Below, in pieces: positions 29,588 through 39,383 of a stretch of 64,000 nt of DNA. The stretch is taken from the NCBI GenBank assembly GCA_017621705.1, contig JAGASR010000004.1, forward strand, positions 10,633 to 74,632. The letters are read 5' to 3'. The notes beneath the pieces are model-generated. The model was not told the origin of the DNA, searched no databases, and saw only the letters and a list, made by a program, of their open reading frames with translations. The translations under genes were made by a program, and so were the position numbers. The stretch is from Clostridia bacterium (lineage in GTDB: Bacteria; Bacillota; Clostridia; Oscillospirales; UBA644). The first letter of the stretch is position 1; the number at the start of each line of letters is the position of its first letter.

Positions 29588-29962
29588 ATGGCATATGTAA
29601 CCGTACCCAAAGATTTAACCAAGGTAAAAACAAAGGTCGTATTTAACCTTACAAAAAGACAGCTTATATTTTTCGGATTGGCGGTAGTTATAGGGCTACC
29701 GCTTTTCTTTTTGCTAAAAGATATTACGGGAACCAATATAGCATCGTTTGTGATGATACTTTCAATGCTCCCCTGTTTTCTTTTCGCAATGTACGAAAAG
29801 CACGGTTTACACTTAGAAACAGTTTTATGGAATATTGTTCAGACTAAGTTTTTAAGACCTAAGATACGTCCATATAAAACAAATAATTTTTACTCAGCTA
29901 TTGAAAAACAAAGGCAACTTAAAATGGAGGTTGATTCAATTGTCAAAGGTAAAAGAAAGTAA
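29588..29962 (+). CDS. PrgI-family T4SS membrane protein
   Basis: 124 aa with two TM helices, immediately upstream of the VirB4 ATPase gene. Confidence 0.6.
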   Translation: MAYVTVPKDLTKVKTKVVFNLTKRQLIFFGLAVVIGLPLFFLLKDITGTNIASFVMILSMLPCFLFAMYEKHGLHLETVLWNIVQTKFLRPKIRPYKTNNFYSAIEKQRQLKMEVDSIVKGKRK

Positions 29963-32330
29963 ACGCAAGCTTACTTTTGAAGAAAAGAATAAAATTAAGG
30001 CGATAATATCAAAAGCTAAAGGTGACGGGAAGAAACGTACAGCACAGCAAAGCATACCGTATTTGCAAATGCATCCTGACGGTGTATGTAAAGTGACGGC
30101 AGATTGTTACAGCAAATGTATACGGTTTGAAGATATCAATTATAAGCTTGTAGGAAATGATGAAAAATCAGCCGTATTTGAAAATTGGTGTGAATTCTTG
30201 AATTACTTTGACCCGTCTGTTTCGGTTCAGTTTTCTTTTGTGAAGCAAGCAAACAAGAATATTGATACGATAATAGATATTCCCCATAAAAATGATATGT
30301 TCAATGATATAAGAGATAACTTTTCCGGAATTCTGAAAACACAGTGTTCAGATGGAAACAACAAAGTGAATAAATTAAGATATATTACTTTTTCAATAGA
30401 GGCTGAAAACCTTGCTTCTGCAAGATCTCGCCTCACTCGTATTGAAAAAGATATACTGAATAGCTTTAAGAAACTTGGGGTTACTGCAGAAGTAATGACA
30501 GGATATGACAGACTTGAAATGCTATATGATATATTTCATTCAAATAAAGAAGAATTTACTTTTTCTTGGGACTACATTTCATCGTCAGGTTTAAGTACAA
30601 AAGATTTTATAGCTCCGTCTTCATTTCGTTTCGGTGAAAGCAGAACATTTTATATGGGAGAAAAAATAGGAAGTGTAAGCTTTCTTGAAATTCTTGCACC
30701 TGAACTTGAAGATACCATGCTTTCCGAAATACTTGACCTTGAAACAGATATGATTGTTAATCTTCATATAAAAAGTATAGACCAGGCAGAAGCAATCAAG
30801 ACTATCAAGCGTAAAATTACAGACCTTGATAAAATGAAAATAGAAGAACAGAAGAAAGCAATTCGTACCGGTTATGATATGGATATCTTACCTTCAGACC
30901 TTGCCACTTTCGGAGTAGAAGCAAAAAAGCTTCTTCAGGACTTACAGAATAAAAATGAAAGAATGTTTTTGCTTACATTCCTTGTTGTGAATACAGCAGG
31001 CAATAAACGGAAACTGAATAATGATGTATTTGCAGTATCAGGCATTGCCAATAAATATAACTGTTCATTGATACGTCTTGACTATCAACAAGAGGACGGT
31101 TTAATGTCAAGCCTGCCTCTTGGAAAGAATTATATTCCTATTCAAAGGGGTATGACTACATCAAGTACGGCAATATTCGTTCCGTTTATAACGCAGGAAC
31201 TTTTTCAAAGAGGAGAAGCAATATACTATGGCTTAAATTCTGTTTCAAACAATATGATAATGTGCGACAGGAAGAACTTAAAAAATCCGAACGGTTTGAT
31301 TTTAGGTACACCGGGAAGCGGAAAATCCTTTTCTGCAAAGAGGGAGATAACGAACGCATTCTTAGTGACGGACGATGACATTATAATCTGCGATCCTGAA
31401 GCTGAATACTATCCGTTAGTGAAAAGGCTGAAAGGACAGGTGATAACTTTATCTCCAACGGGTAAAGGACAAAACGGTGAAGTTCAGTATATAAACCCGA
31501 TGGATATCAACTTGAATTATTCAGATGATAATAATCCGGTAGCACTGAAAAGTGATTTTATACTTTCGCTTTGTGAACTTATAGTTGGAGGCAAAGAAGG
31601 GCTTCAGCCAATAGAAAAGACGGTTATAGACCGTTGCGTAAAGAATATCTATAACAAGTATTTTATTGACCCGAACCCTTCAAATATGCCGATACTTCAA
31701 GACTTATATGAAGACCTGTTAATACAGCCTGAACCGGAAGCTTTAAGAATTGCTTCGGCACTGGAGCTTTATGTTTCAGGGAGTCTTAATATATTTAATC
31801 ATCGTACAAATGTTGAGTTGAATAACAGGCTCGTATGTTTCGATATAAAGCAACTTGGAAAGCAGCTAAAAAAGATAGGGATGCTTATTGTTCAAGATCA
31901 GGTATGGAATAGGGTGACAACCAATAGGGCAGAAAAGAAAGCAACAAGATATTACATAGATGAGTTTCATTTACTGTTAAAAGATGAACAAACTTCTGCA
32001 TACAGTGTTGAGATATGGAAGCGGTTTAGAAAATGGGGAGGAATACCGACCGCCATAACACAGAATGTCAAAGACCTTTTAGCAAGCAGAGAGATAGAAA
32101 ATATTTTTGATAACAGCGATTTTATCTTAATGTTAAATCAGGCATCAGGTGACAGGGAAATACTTTCAAAACAACTGAATATTTCACCGAACCAACAGAA
32201 ATATATAACCAATTCAGCAGCCGGTGAAGGACTTCTTTTCTATGGTAATGTTATCCTGCCGTTTGTTGACCGTTTTCCCAAAGATACGGAACTGTATAGG
32301 ATAATGACAACTAAACCCAATGAAGTGTAA
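29940..32330 (+). CDS. VirB4-like conjugal transfer ATPase
   Basis: Walker A GTPGSGKS and Walker B YYIDEFH. TTG 29940 lies 9 nt after GGAGG. The track ORF starts at TTG 29901. Confidence 0.9.
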   Translation: MSKVKESKRKLTFEEKNKIKAIISKAKGDGKKRTAQQSIPYLQMHPDGVCKVTADCYSKCIRFEDINYKLVGNDEKSAVFENWCEFLNYFDPSVSVQFSFVKQANKNIDTIIDIPHKNDMFNDIRDNFSGILKTQCSDGNNKVNKLRYITFSIEAENLASARSRLTRIEKDILNSFKKLGVTAEVMTGYDRLEMLYDIFHSNKEEFTFSWDYISSSGLSTKDFIAPSSFRFGESRTFYMGEKIGSVSFLEILAPELEDTMLSEILDLETDMIVNLHIKSIDQAEAIKTIKRKITDLDKMKIEEQKKAIRTGYDMDILPSDLATFGVEAKKLLQDLQNKNERMFLLTFLVVNTAGNKRKLNNDVFAVSGIANKYNCSLIRLDYQQEDGLMSSLPLGKNYIPIQRGMTTSSTAIFVPFITQELFQRGEAIYYGLNSVSNNMIMCDRKNLKNPNGLILGTPGSGKSFSAKREITNAFLVTDDDIIICDPEAEYYPLVKRLKGQVITLSPTGKGQNGEVQYINPMDINLNYSDDNNPVALKSDFILSLCELIVGGKEGLQPIEKTVIDRCVKNIYNKYFIDPNPSNMPILQDLYEDLLIQPEPEALRIASALELYVSGSLNIFNHRTNVELNNRLVCFDIKQLGKQLKKIGMLIVQDQVWNRVTTNRAEKKATRYYIDEFHLLLKDEQTSAYSVEIWKRFRKWGGIPTAITQNVKDLLASREIENIFDNSDFILMLNQASGDREILSKQLNISPNQQKYITNSAAGEGLLFYGNVILPFVDRFPKDTELYRIMTTKPNEV

Positions 32331-32350
32331 TCTTTTATCTTGTATAAAAA

Positions 32351-32390
32351 ACAACCACACATTAATTCTCATCTAAATAATGTGTGGTTG
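32351..32390. terminator. Bidirectional terminator hairpin between convergent genes
   Basis: acaaccacac / tgtgtggttg 10-bp stem with A/T runs on both sides. Confidence 0.65.
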
Positions 32391-32394
32391 TAAT

Positions 32395-33027
32395 TTAGTT
32401 AATTAGCTCAGATATATCACATTTTAATGCCTTTGCAAGTCTTGTTACAATGTCGAATTGAGCCTTGTTTAAGTCTTTACTTTTTCTCTCATATGCTTTT
32501 ATGGTATTAAGTGAAACGCCTGATTCGTTTGCAAGTTATTCTTGAGTTAATCCGCAATGCTTTCTTATGATTTTCAGTTTGCTTTCACTTGAGGCAAAAT
32601 GGGAATCCAGTACTTCATAGCTTTTTTGAATATCCGCTTCGTGAAGAGTTGCATAAAGCCCTATAAGTTCATCATATGGAATAGTATCAAGTATGGACTT
32701 GAATGTTCTGCCCGAATACCATTGATAGTGCGTAAGCATCCACCCCACCCAATACTCAGGGCTTCGGTCATAGCTTTCTATAAGCTCGGCATGGTATGCT
32801 TTATCTGAAGTTTTTTCCATAACTTCGAGGAATAGCTCGATACCGCTTTTCCCTGCAATATATTTGGGATTTCCGTTTTCAAACTGCTCTGCAATATCGG
32901 ATTGAATAAAACGGTTTAAAAAGTCTATACCGTTAATACCGAATTCACAGACAGCATTGTGTAGCATATTCCCAACAGTTCTGGAAGCTTTATTCAGATA
33001 TAATTGACTGTAAGCGTGGGTCGTCAT
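32395..33027 (-). pseudogene. DUF3791-like protein fused to a C-terminal XRE-type HTH, interrupted by an in-frame TAA
   Basis: The frame reads ...KIIRKHCGLTQE-TAA-LANESGVSLNTIKAYERKSKDLNKAQFDIVTRLAKALKCDISELIN-stop. The TAA (32536-38) sits where XRE HTH domains normally have Glu (LTQEELA). Confidence 0.7.
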
Positions 33028-33691
33028 ATTTCATATCCTCCCTTATAATGTCGAGAACAAAAATATCGTCCATAAGTTGTTCTAAATTCTTTTTCTTGTT
33101 GGAATAATCAACTCTTGCGTTTTTATCTCTTTCAGCTCTTTTATAATAGTATTTGCGGTAATCCGCAACCTCATACTCGATAAATTCGATTTGACTGAAG
33201 GAACGTTCAGAAAGTAATACCACTTGCTCTCCGAGAGTTCCAAGTTTCATTGCAAAGTTTAAGTCTCGCAGGGAAATTGTATTATTCACAAAATCTTCAG
33301 CAAAAGAAAAATATGAATCGTCCGCACGGTAGCCAATCATAATGTCAACATCTTTTGTATTTGGCGTAAAACGTGAGATTATGAAATCTCTTGCGTTGTA
33401 ACCGATAGGTGATGTGATGTCAAACTTTCTATGAGAGAGAAGAATTGCAAGCCAGTTGAGAATATTAAACTCACCCTTAGTTAAATGCATTATATTCATT
33501 CCATCAAGTGATAGACGGTATTTGTTGGAATATCCGTCATTTTTAATGGGACAAGCCCATTCTTTGGCAAGTTCAATATTTTCAGTACAGTAGAATCCCT
33601 GACCATAGTCATTATATGGCTTTCCTATACCGTACTTAGGAACTTCAACAATTTGTTGAGAACCGTGATATATGATTAATTCTTGTTTCAT
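32990..33691 (-). CDS. DUF3990-family protein
   Basis: N-terminal IYHGSQQIVE...YGQGFYCTENIELAKEWA pattern typical of DUF3990. Overlaps the downstream DUF3791-like gene by 38 nt. Confidence 0.65.
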   Translation of the reverse strand: MKQELIIYHGSQQIVEVPKYGIGKPYNDYGQGFYCTENIELAKEWACPIKNDGYSNKYRLSLDGMNIMHLTKGEFNILNWLAILLSHRKFDITSPIGYNARDFIISRFTPNTKDVDIMIGYRADDSYFSFAEDFVNNTISLRDLNFAMKLGTLGEQVVLLSERSFSQIEFIEYEVADYRKYYYKRAERDKNARVDYSNKKKNLEQLMDDIFVLDIIREDMKYDDPRLQSIISE

Positions 33692-33705
33692 ATGGCACCT
33701 CCGTT

Positions 33706-33756
33706 GTAATACCGTGGTATTACTTTAATTATATTATAATACTGTAGTATTACTTT
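33706..33756 (-). promoter_or_regulatory. Two dyad-symmetric operator-like sites overlapping a TATAAT -10 element
   Basis: GTAATACCGTGGTATTACTTT (33706-26) and ATAATACTGTAGTATTACTTT (33736-56), 30 bp apart. A minus-strand TATAAT lies at 33738-33733. The region is directly upstream of the RBS and ATG at 33691. Confidence 0.6.
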
Positions 33757-33938
33757 GTCAATGGTTTTTTAGAAAAGTACAATAAAAAAACAAATTTGGA
33801 TTAGATAAAATGCATTGCGTAAAAAGAATATGTATGTACATTCGATTTTATGGAAAAAATCTTGCAATAAATATTGAGAAGTTGGTAGAAATATCTGCTT
33901 CTTTTTTTGTTGCCTAAAAACAGAAAGGACGGTATTAA

Positions 33939-34997
33939 ATGCAAACAAAAAATAATGTAAAAAAGAAGTCACGGCTTCGCTTCCCGACAGATGAAGTAAA
34001 TATGTATCTTCATAGCAGGTTCCATGAAAATGAAGATGATAATTCTTCTGTTGAAGCCTTTAATAAAAGTCAGGAAGTCCTATATTTCGGAACTTCGCCT
34101 GTGTTAAAGTATTCACGGGAATATCAATATAATGAACGACTTAAGCACCGGAATTCTGAAGATCAAAATACCGAAACTTCAAAATCTGACGAAGAGTATT
34201 CATATCATATCAGGGACAAGCCAACAGAAGAATCAAGAAATAAGCAAATACAGAAAAAACAAATAAAGAAACAGTATGTCAAGCAGGCGAGGGAAAGAAT
34301 AAAAGAAACAGCTCAAAAAGTATGGGCTGCTACAAAAGAAACAACAAGAAAGACCGATTCCTTTGTAGTCAAGCATTGGAAAGTAATAGCTGTTATTTTC
34401 TTAATCTTACTTGTTCTTACCATATTGTTTTCTGCTTTGATATCTGTACTTGCAGTCTTTTCAAGTTCGTTCTCGTCTGTTGTCGGCAGTACATATATTT
34501 CAGCAGATAATGAGATAATCAGTGCAGAAAATAAATATATACAACTCGAAGAAGATCTACAGAGAGAAATAGATAATGTAGAAAATACATACGGGGGTTA
34601 CGATGAATATGTCTACGATATAGATGAAATAAAGCATGACCCATATATCCTTACATCTATATTATCAGCTATGTATTTAGAGTATTCAGTAGAAGATATT
34701 CAAAATACACTAAAAATGCTGTTTGATAAGCAATATATATTTATGGTTACCTCACATATTGAAATAAGATATAAAACGGAAACAAGAACAGTAACATATA
34801 CGGATTCAGAAACAGGAGAAGTAAATGTAAAAACATATGAAGTTGAAGTTCCGTATGAATATAAAATATTGAATGTCAGTCTTCAGAATATAGGACTTCA
34901 AAATCTTGCTGTAGAAGTCCTAACTTCAGAGCAGTATTCAATGTACGAACTGTATATGGCAACACTCGGAAACAGACCTGATTTGTTTTCAGAATAA
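33939..34997 (+). CDS. CD1108-type mobile-element membrane protein, N-terminal portion only (no cell-wall hydrolase domain)
   Basis: Charged N-terminus, one TM helix, then the ...YELYMATLGNRPDLF segment. The ORF stops where relatives (as I recall them) continue into lysozyme/NlpC-P60 domains. Confidence 0.5.
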   Translation: MQTKNNVKKKSRLRFPTDEVNMYLHSRFHENEDDNSSVEAFNKSQEVLYFGTSPVLKYSREYQYNERLKHRNSEDQNTETSKSDEEYSYHIRDKPTEESRNKQIQKKQIKKQYVKQARERIKETAQKVWAATKETTRKTDSFVVKHWKVIAVIFLILLVLTILFSALISVLAVFSSSFSSVVGSTYISADNEIISAENKYIQLEEDLQREIDNVENTYGGYDEYVYDIDEIKHDPYILTSILSAMYLEYSVEDIQNTLKMLFDKQYIFMVTSHIEIRYKTETRTVTYTDSETGEVNVKTYEVEVPYEYKILNVSLQNIGLQNLAVEVLTSEQYSMYELYMATLGNRPDLFSE

Positions 34998-35052
34998 AAA
35001 AACGTAGTAATTAATCGTAGTAAAAATCTTAATAACAAAAGGAGCAGTCTAT

Positions 35053-35310
35053 ATGGCGAAAAACAAGATAACACGTATAGAACAGGAAATAGCGATAGTC
35101 AAAGAAAAAATAACTGAATATCAAAACAAGTTAAAAGAACTTGAACTAAAGAAAACTGAAATAGAAAACCTTCAGATAGTACAAACAGTACGTGCGTTAA
35201 AGCTTACTCCTCAGGAACTAAGTAAACTTCTTTCAAAAGGTGGAATTCCAGGTATAAAAACAGTTTCTTTCAATAAGCCTGAAAAGGAGGAAACAGCCGA
35301 TGAGAAGTAA
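35053..35310 (+). CDS. DUF4315-type coiled-coil protein
   Basis: 85-aa heptad-rich protein at the conserved position in this ICE family. Confidence 0.5.
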   Translation: MAKNKITRIEQEIAIVKEKITEYQNKLKELELKKTEIENLQIVQTVRALKLTPQELSKLLSKGGIPGIKTVSFNKPEKEETADEK

Positions 35311-35926
35311 ATCTTTTTATTTGTTTACCTTTATATCCATACTTTTTATTATGATAATCTTCATTCCGGTTTCTGCATCAGCAAGCGATGGTGGAGATTT
35401 GGATATATATGAAACAAAACCTCTTACACCTGAAGGTAATATGTGCCTCGTAGATGATATTGACGGAGAAGAAGCAAGCGATAAGCAGTTTATAACCGTC
35501 GTTACCAGAAACGGGGCTTATTTTTATATCATCATAGACCGAGCTGAAGACGGAGAAAATACCGTGCATTTTCTCAACCAGGTGGATGAATCCGACTTGC
35601 TGAAGCTTATAGACGAGGAAGAAATAGAACCCCTTATATGTATCTGTAAGGATAAATGTATTATAGGGGATATAAATGCGAACTGTTCTGCTTGTATGAT
35701 ATCAATTAATGACTGTATTGGTGAAGTTAAAGAGACAGAACCTGATAAAGAAAATAATTCTTCGATAGGACTTGTGATATTTACGTTTGTTCTGATTCTT
35801 GGCGGTGGAGCAGTTTTCTATTACTTTAAGATATATAAGCCAAAACAAGAAGAGAATTTCATAGACGAAGAAGACGAATATGAGGAGTATGAAAACGATG
35901 ATGGAAATGAAGATATTGTTTTATAG
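35300..35926 (+). CDS. DUF4366/CD1107-type surface-anchored membrane protein
   Basis: Signal peptide, the [18 protein letters not shown] segment, a C-terminal TM helix and an acidic tail. Confidence 0.55.
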   Translation: MRSKSFYLFTFISILFIMIIFIPVSASASDGGDLDIYETKPLTPEGNMCLVDDIDGEEASDKQFITVVTRNGAYFYIIIDRAEDGENTVHFLNQVDESDLLKLIDEEEIEPLICICKDKCIIGDINANCSACMISINDCIGEVKETEPDKENNSSIGLVIFTFVLILGGGAVFYYFKIYKPKQEENFIDEEDEYEEYENDDGNEDIVL

Positions 35927-36024
35927 TGCGTGAAAAATAAAAGTAGGGAAATCCTTAGTCTTTTCAATTTGAAAAGGTAAGGATTTTCTTGCTTTATACT
36001 TAAACATTGAGAGGAGATTTTTTT

Positions 36025-37236
36025 ATGAGTGATGTATTTAGACCGAAACCCGATGAGGAAATTAATCATCTTAATACTAAAGAGGAAACTAAGACCGTAT
36101 CTGTAAACCCAATAAATCTTACTTCCGAAAATTCAATGGATAAACTGAAGGAAATCACGGATAAGTTGGAGCAGGGTATCAAAGATATTTTTAACAGCGA
36201 CAAGTATAAAGAATACCTGAAAGTAATGTCAAGGTTTCATAATTACAGTTGGGGTAATTCATTGCTTATAGCAATGCAGAAGCCTGATGCTTCATATGTT
36301 GCCGGATATACAGCATGGCAGAACAAGTTTAAGAGAACCGTACTTAAAGGTGAAAAGGGAATTAAAATCATAGCTCCGTCTCCGTATAAAGTTAAACTTG
36401 AAAGTTACAAATTAGACCCTATAACAAATGAAAAGCTGTTGGATAAGGACGGAAAACCAATAGTTGAAGTGAAAGAGAAAAGTATTCCATCATTCAAAGT
36501 AGTATCGGTTTTTGATGTGTCTCAAACTGAAGGGAAGGAACTTCCGGATATAACAGTAGATATGTTGACCGGGACTGTCGAGAATTTTAATGATATATAT
36601 TCTTCAATAGAATCAATTTCACCCGTACCGATTACACTTGAACCGTTAAAAAAAGATTTATACGGATATTTCAGTCATATTGAAAAACGAATAGTTGTTA
36701 ATGACAGGTTAAGCGAATTGCATACCTTAAAAACAATGATACACGAACTGGCTCATGCCAAACTGCACGGTAAGGAACCTGATGTACCAAAGGATGAAAA
36801 ACAAGATTTACCTGACAAAAGAACAAGAGAAGTTGAAGCTGAAAGTGTTGCATATACGGTATGTAATCATTTCGGTCTTGATACTTCAGATTATTCATTC
36901 GGTTATATCGCCGGATGGAGCAGTAACAAAGAACTGAATGAACTTAAGAAATCTGTTGACAGGATTTGTACAACTTCAGCTGAAATAATAAACGGAATAG
37001 AGGATATGTATTCCGAAATTCAAAAGCAGAAGAATGCTGAAATAGTCAATGAAAATAATCTTTCAGTAAATGAGAGGATTGAACGAGGTGAAGTTGTTTC
37101 AATTATGGATATGATACAGGAAGTAGCTGATGCTTCAAAGAAGCCATCTATCCGCAAACAGTTGAATTCTGAAAAGCAGAAAATATCGCAAACTCAAACA
37201 CAAACCAAAAACAAGAAACAGGACTTGGAGGTATAG
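36025..37236 (+). CDS. ArdC-like antirestriction/ssDNA-binding protein with HExxH metalloprotease domain
   Basis: N-terminal YSWGNSLLIAMQKPDASYVAGYTAWQ (ArdC_N-like) and HELAHAKLH. ATG 36025 follows GAGAGGAG. Confidence 0.75.
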   Translation: MSDVFRPKPDEEINHLNTKEETKTVSVNPINLTSENSMDKLKEITDKLEQGIKDIFNSDKYKEYLKVMSRFHNYSWGNSLLIAMQKPDASYVAGYTAWQNKFKRTVLKGEKGIKIIAPSPYKVKLESYKLDPITNEKLLDKDGKPIVEVKEKSIPSFKVVSVFDVSQTEGKELPDITVDMLTGTVENFNDIYSSIESISPVPITLEPLKKDLYGYFSHIEKRIVVNDRLSELHTLKTMIHELAHAKLHGKEPDVPKDEKQDLPDKRTREVEAESVAYTVCNHFGLDTSDYSFGYIAGWSSNKELNELKKSVDRICTTSAEIINGIEDMYSEIQKQKNAEIVNENNLSVNERIERGEVVSIMDMIQEVADASKKPSIRKQLNSEKQKISQTQTQTKNKKQDLEV

Positions 37237-37238
37237 CC

Positions 37239-37442
37239 ATGAGAGAATTTACAATCGAAGAAGAAAATTTACTGTGTTTCTTTAAGAAGGACAGTAAGGA
37301 AGCGACAATACAAAATATAAAGGTAACAATACCGTTTATGGAAGAAGATATGCAACAAATAGCATATACAACATTGGATAAACTTGATAACATGAATGAA
37401 ATAGAGTTTTCAAAACTTGAATTATATCCGATAGAAGAATAA
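37239..37442 (+). CDS. Transposon-transfer-assisting-type small protein
   Basis: 67 aa with the FTIEEENLLCFF... pattern. Recognised by eye only. Confidence 0.45.
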   Translation: MREFTIEEENLLCFFKKDSKEATIQNIKVTIPFMEEDMQQIAYTTLDKLDNMNEIEFSKLELYPIEE

Positions 37443-37451
37443 AACGCTAAC

Positions 37452-37507
37452 AAAAAAACACCGAGGCACGATGATCTTTATTAGGTCGTTGTGCCTCGGT
37501 GTTTTTT
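37452..37507. terminator. Bidirectional terminator
   Basis: Long stem aaaaaacaccgaggcac / gtgcctcggtgtttttt between convergent genes. Confidence 0.8.
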
Positions 37508-37510
37508 GCT

Positions 37511-38842
37511 TTATATAGTATACGCTTTTTCATCTTTTTTCAATGTATCAATACTTAAAATACTATCCACATTCTGTTTAATAAGTGAATACTCATTAAG
37601 TTTTTCTTTGACTTGTCGGTACTCTATATACAAATCGTTTTTCTGTTCATGAAGTTCTTTTAATTTATTCTTTAAAGCAACAGGACTGGGAAAAGTTTTG
37701 GTATCTAAAAACGGTTGCAGTTCCTTCTTGGCTGCCTCGAAAATCAATAGTTCACTTTCATGTTTTTCTTTATATTTAGTTTTGTTCTTCGCATGGATAT
37801 ATCCGTCATGTACATGTTTTGTCTGATTATAATTGGTAACGCTTTTTAATAAAAGTGATACTTCCGAAATCTCTTTTTCTGTTGATTTTATTTTATCAGA
37901 AAGGTTATCTTTCTGAACTGAAAATCTTTCAATACAACCAACTAATGATTCATAGCTCTCAATGTGATTTTCGGTAAGAAAATTCAATGTTTTTGAAGCC
38001 TGTTTTAGGTTATGTATTTTAGCCCAATGTTCATAACCTTTATTGTTTTTAGCATTAAGATTATTCTGAATATCTATAATCAAAGAAACACCGTTAGTTA
38101 TATTTTGAATCTTTTTACCACCCATTATGCGGTTTACTATTGCCGTTTCAGTATAGTTTATTCCGAGTGTTTTTAACCGTATAAACTTTGCTTGATTGGG
38201 CGCTTTACAAGAAATATATTTTCCCCGTTTTATCTCATATCCCATAGCTTGCAATTTCTCTAAAAGTTCTTCTTTACTTGAAACTTGAAGAATAAGTAAA
38301 TCTATTGCAATTCTTAGATTTTTCTTCCAACTTACGCCTGTTTTTTCTGCAGTATATTCCGTATAACTCTTACCTTTATTATCGTTCTCTGAAACAACAG
38401 ATAGACCGTATTCCTGACATAATTTATCACTTGTTTTTCTGATATTGTAGTAGCTGTTTTTATTTGAATTATACTTCTGGTGGGTAACAAAATTGACCGC
38501 ACAGAAAATTATATGATTGTGAATATGTCCCTTATCTATATGTGTTGTCAAAACATATTCATATTGACCTTTGGTTACCTTGTCTGCAAGTTCTATTCCT
38601 ATCTTATGAGCAGTTTCATAATCTACTTCACCGGGGGCAAAAGATTGAATGAGATGATGAGCTAAATTGTTTCCTTTCTGAATGGCTTGAGATATGGTAT
38701 ATTCAAATTCAATGTCCGCAGTTTCAGCACTGCAACCGAAGGAATGTACAAGAGTTTTTCCTTCGGTTTTTTCTGGATTTTGTATGTATTCGAGAGCCTT
38801 GTTCAGCGTTCCTTTAATAGGCTTAATCTTTGTAACCGCCAT
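37511..38842 (-). CDS. Relaxase/mobilisation nuclease (MobA/VirD2 family)
   Basis: N-terminal MAVTKIKPIKG...ALEYIQNPEKT and histidine triad HIDKGHIHNHIIF. Confidence 0.9.
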   Translation of the reverse strand: MAVTKIKPIKGTLNKALEYIQNPEKTEGKTLVHSFGCSAETADIEFEYTISQAIQKGNNLAHHLIQSFAPGEVDYETAHKIGIELADKVTKGQYEYVLTTHIDKGHIHNHIIFCAVNFVTHQKYNSNKNSYYNIRKTSDKLCQEYGLSVVSENDNKGKSYTEYTAEKTGVSWKKNLRIAIDLLILQVSSKEELLEKLQAMGYEIKRGKYISCKAPNQAKFIRLKTLGINYTETAIVNRIMGGKKIQNITNGVSLIIDIQNNLNAKNNKGYEHWAKIHNLKQASKTLNFLTENHIESYESLVGCIERFSVQKDNLSDKIKSTEKEISEVSLLLKSVTNYNQTKHVHDGYIHAKNKTKYKEKHESELLIFEAAKKELQPFLDTKTFPSPVALKNKLKELHEQKNDLYIEYRQVKEKLNEYSLIKQNVDSILSIDTLKKDEKAYTI

Positions 38843-39132
38843 ATCTCTTTTAATGCCTCCTTTATTTCAATTAAATCTTTGTTTGAAACAATGCCGTTAA
38901 TGTTTACTTTGTGCGCTATCTGATTGATATTTACACCGATTTTGTGAATCTCATAAGTCATAGATTTTATATTGCTGTGGTCTACTTGAACGATATAACC
39001 GTCAATGGCAATCTTCCGTATATATGCAGACATATTATCTGTTGGAATAAGTTTCATCTTTTCTTCTATAAGAGATTTTTCTTCTTTGTTTACCCAGAAT
39101 TTAATCTGAATATTTCTTTTACGTCCGTTCAT
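38803..39132 (-). CDS. MobC-family relaxosome accessory protein
   Basis: 109 aa with a ribbon-helix-helix-like N-terminus and ...INQIAHKVN.... Overlaps the relaxase start. Confidence 0.8.
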   Translation of the reverse strand: MNGRKRNIQIKFWVNKEEKSLIEEKMKLIPTDNMSAYIRKIAIDGYIVQVDHSNIKSMTYEIHKIGVNINQIAHKVNINGIVSNKDLIEIKEALKEIWRLQRLSLLKER

Positions 39133-39195
39133 GCTTTCCTCCTTAATTTAAGGGTTTGGGATTAGCCCAAAATCTATAAAAAAACGGAAGTGGGT

Positions 39196-39215
39196 ACACA
39201 CTTCCTATGCTTGCT
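39196..39215. promoter_or_regulatory. Inverted repeat upstream of mobC, candidate oriT element
   Basis: GGAAGTG-n6-CACTTCC, ~65 bp upstream of the mobC start. No nick site identified. Confidence 0.3.
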
Positions 39216-39383
39216 CTTCAATAAATTATACGCATAAAAGCGTGTAGTTTGTTGCATTTTATAAGAAAAAATATTAAAGACAAAATAAATGGCTATATGA
39301 TTTCCGTTTTCTTGTTCGGTTAATTTTTTACACTTACTGCTATAATGAATTCTGCAATAATTATTATTCAGGAGGACATGGCA

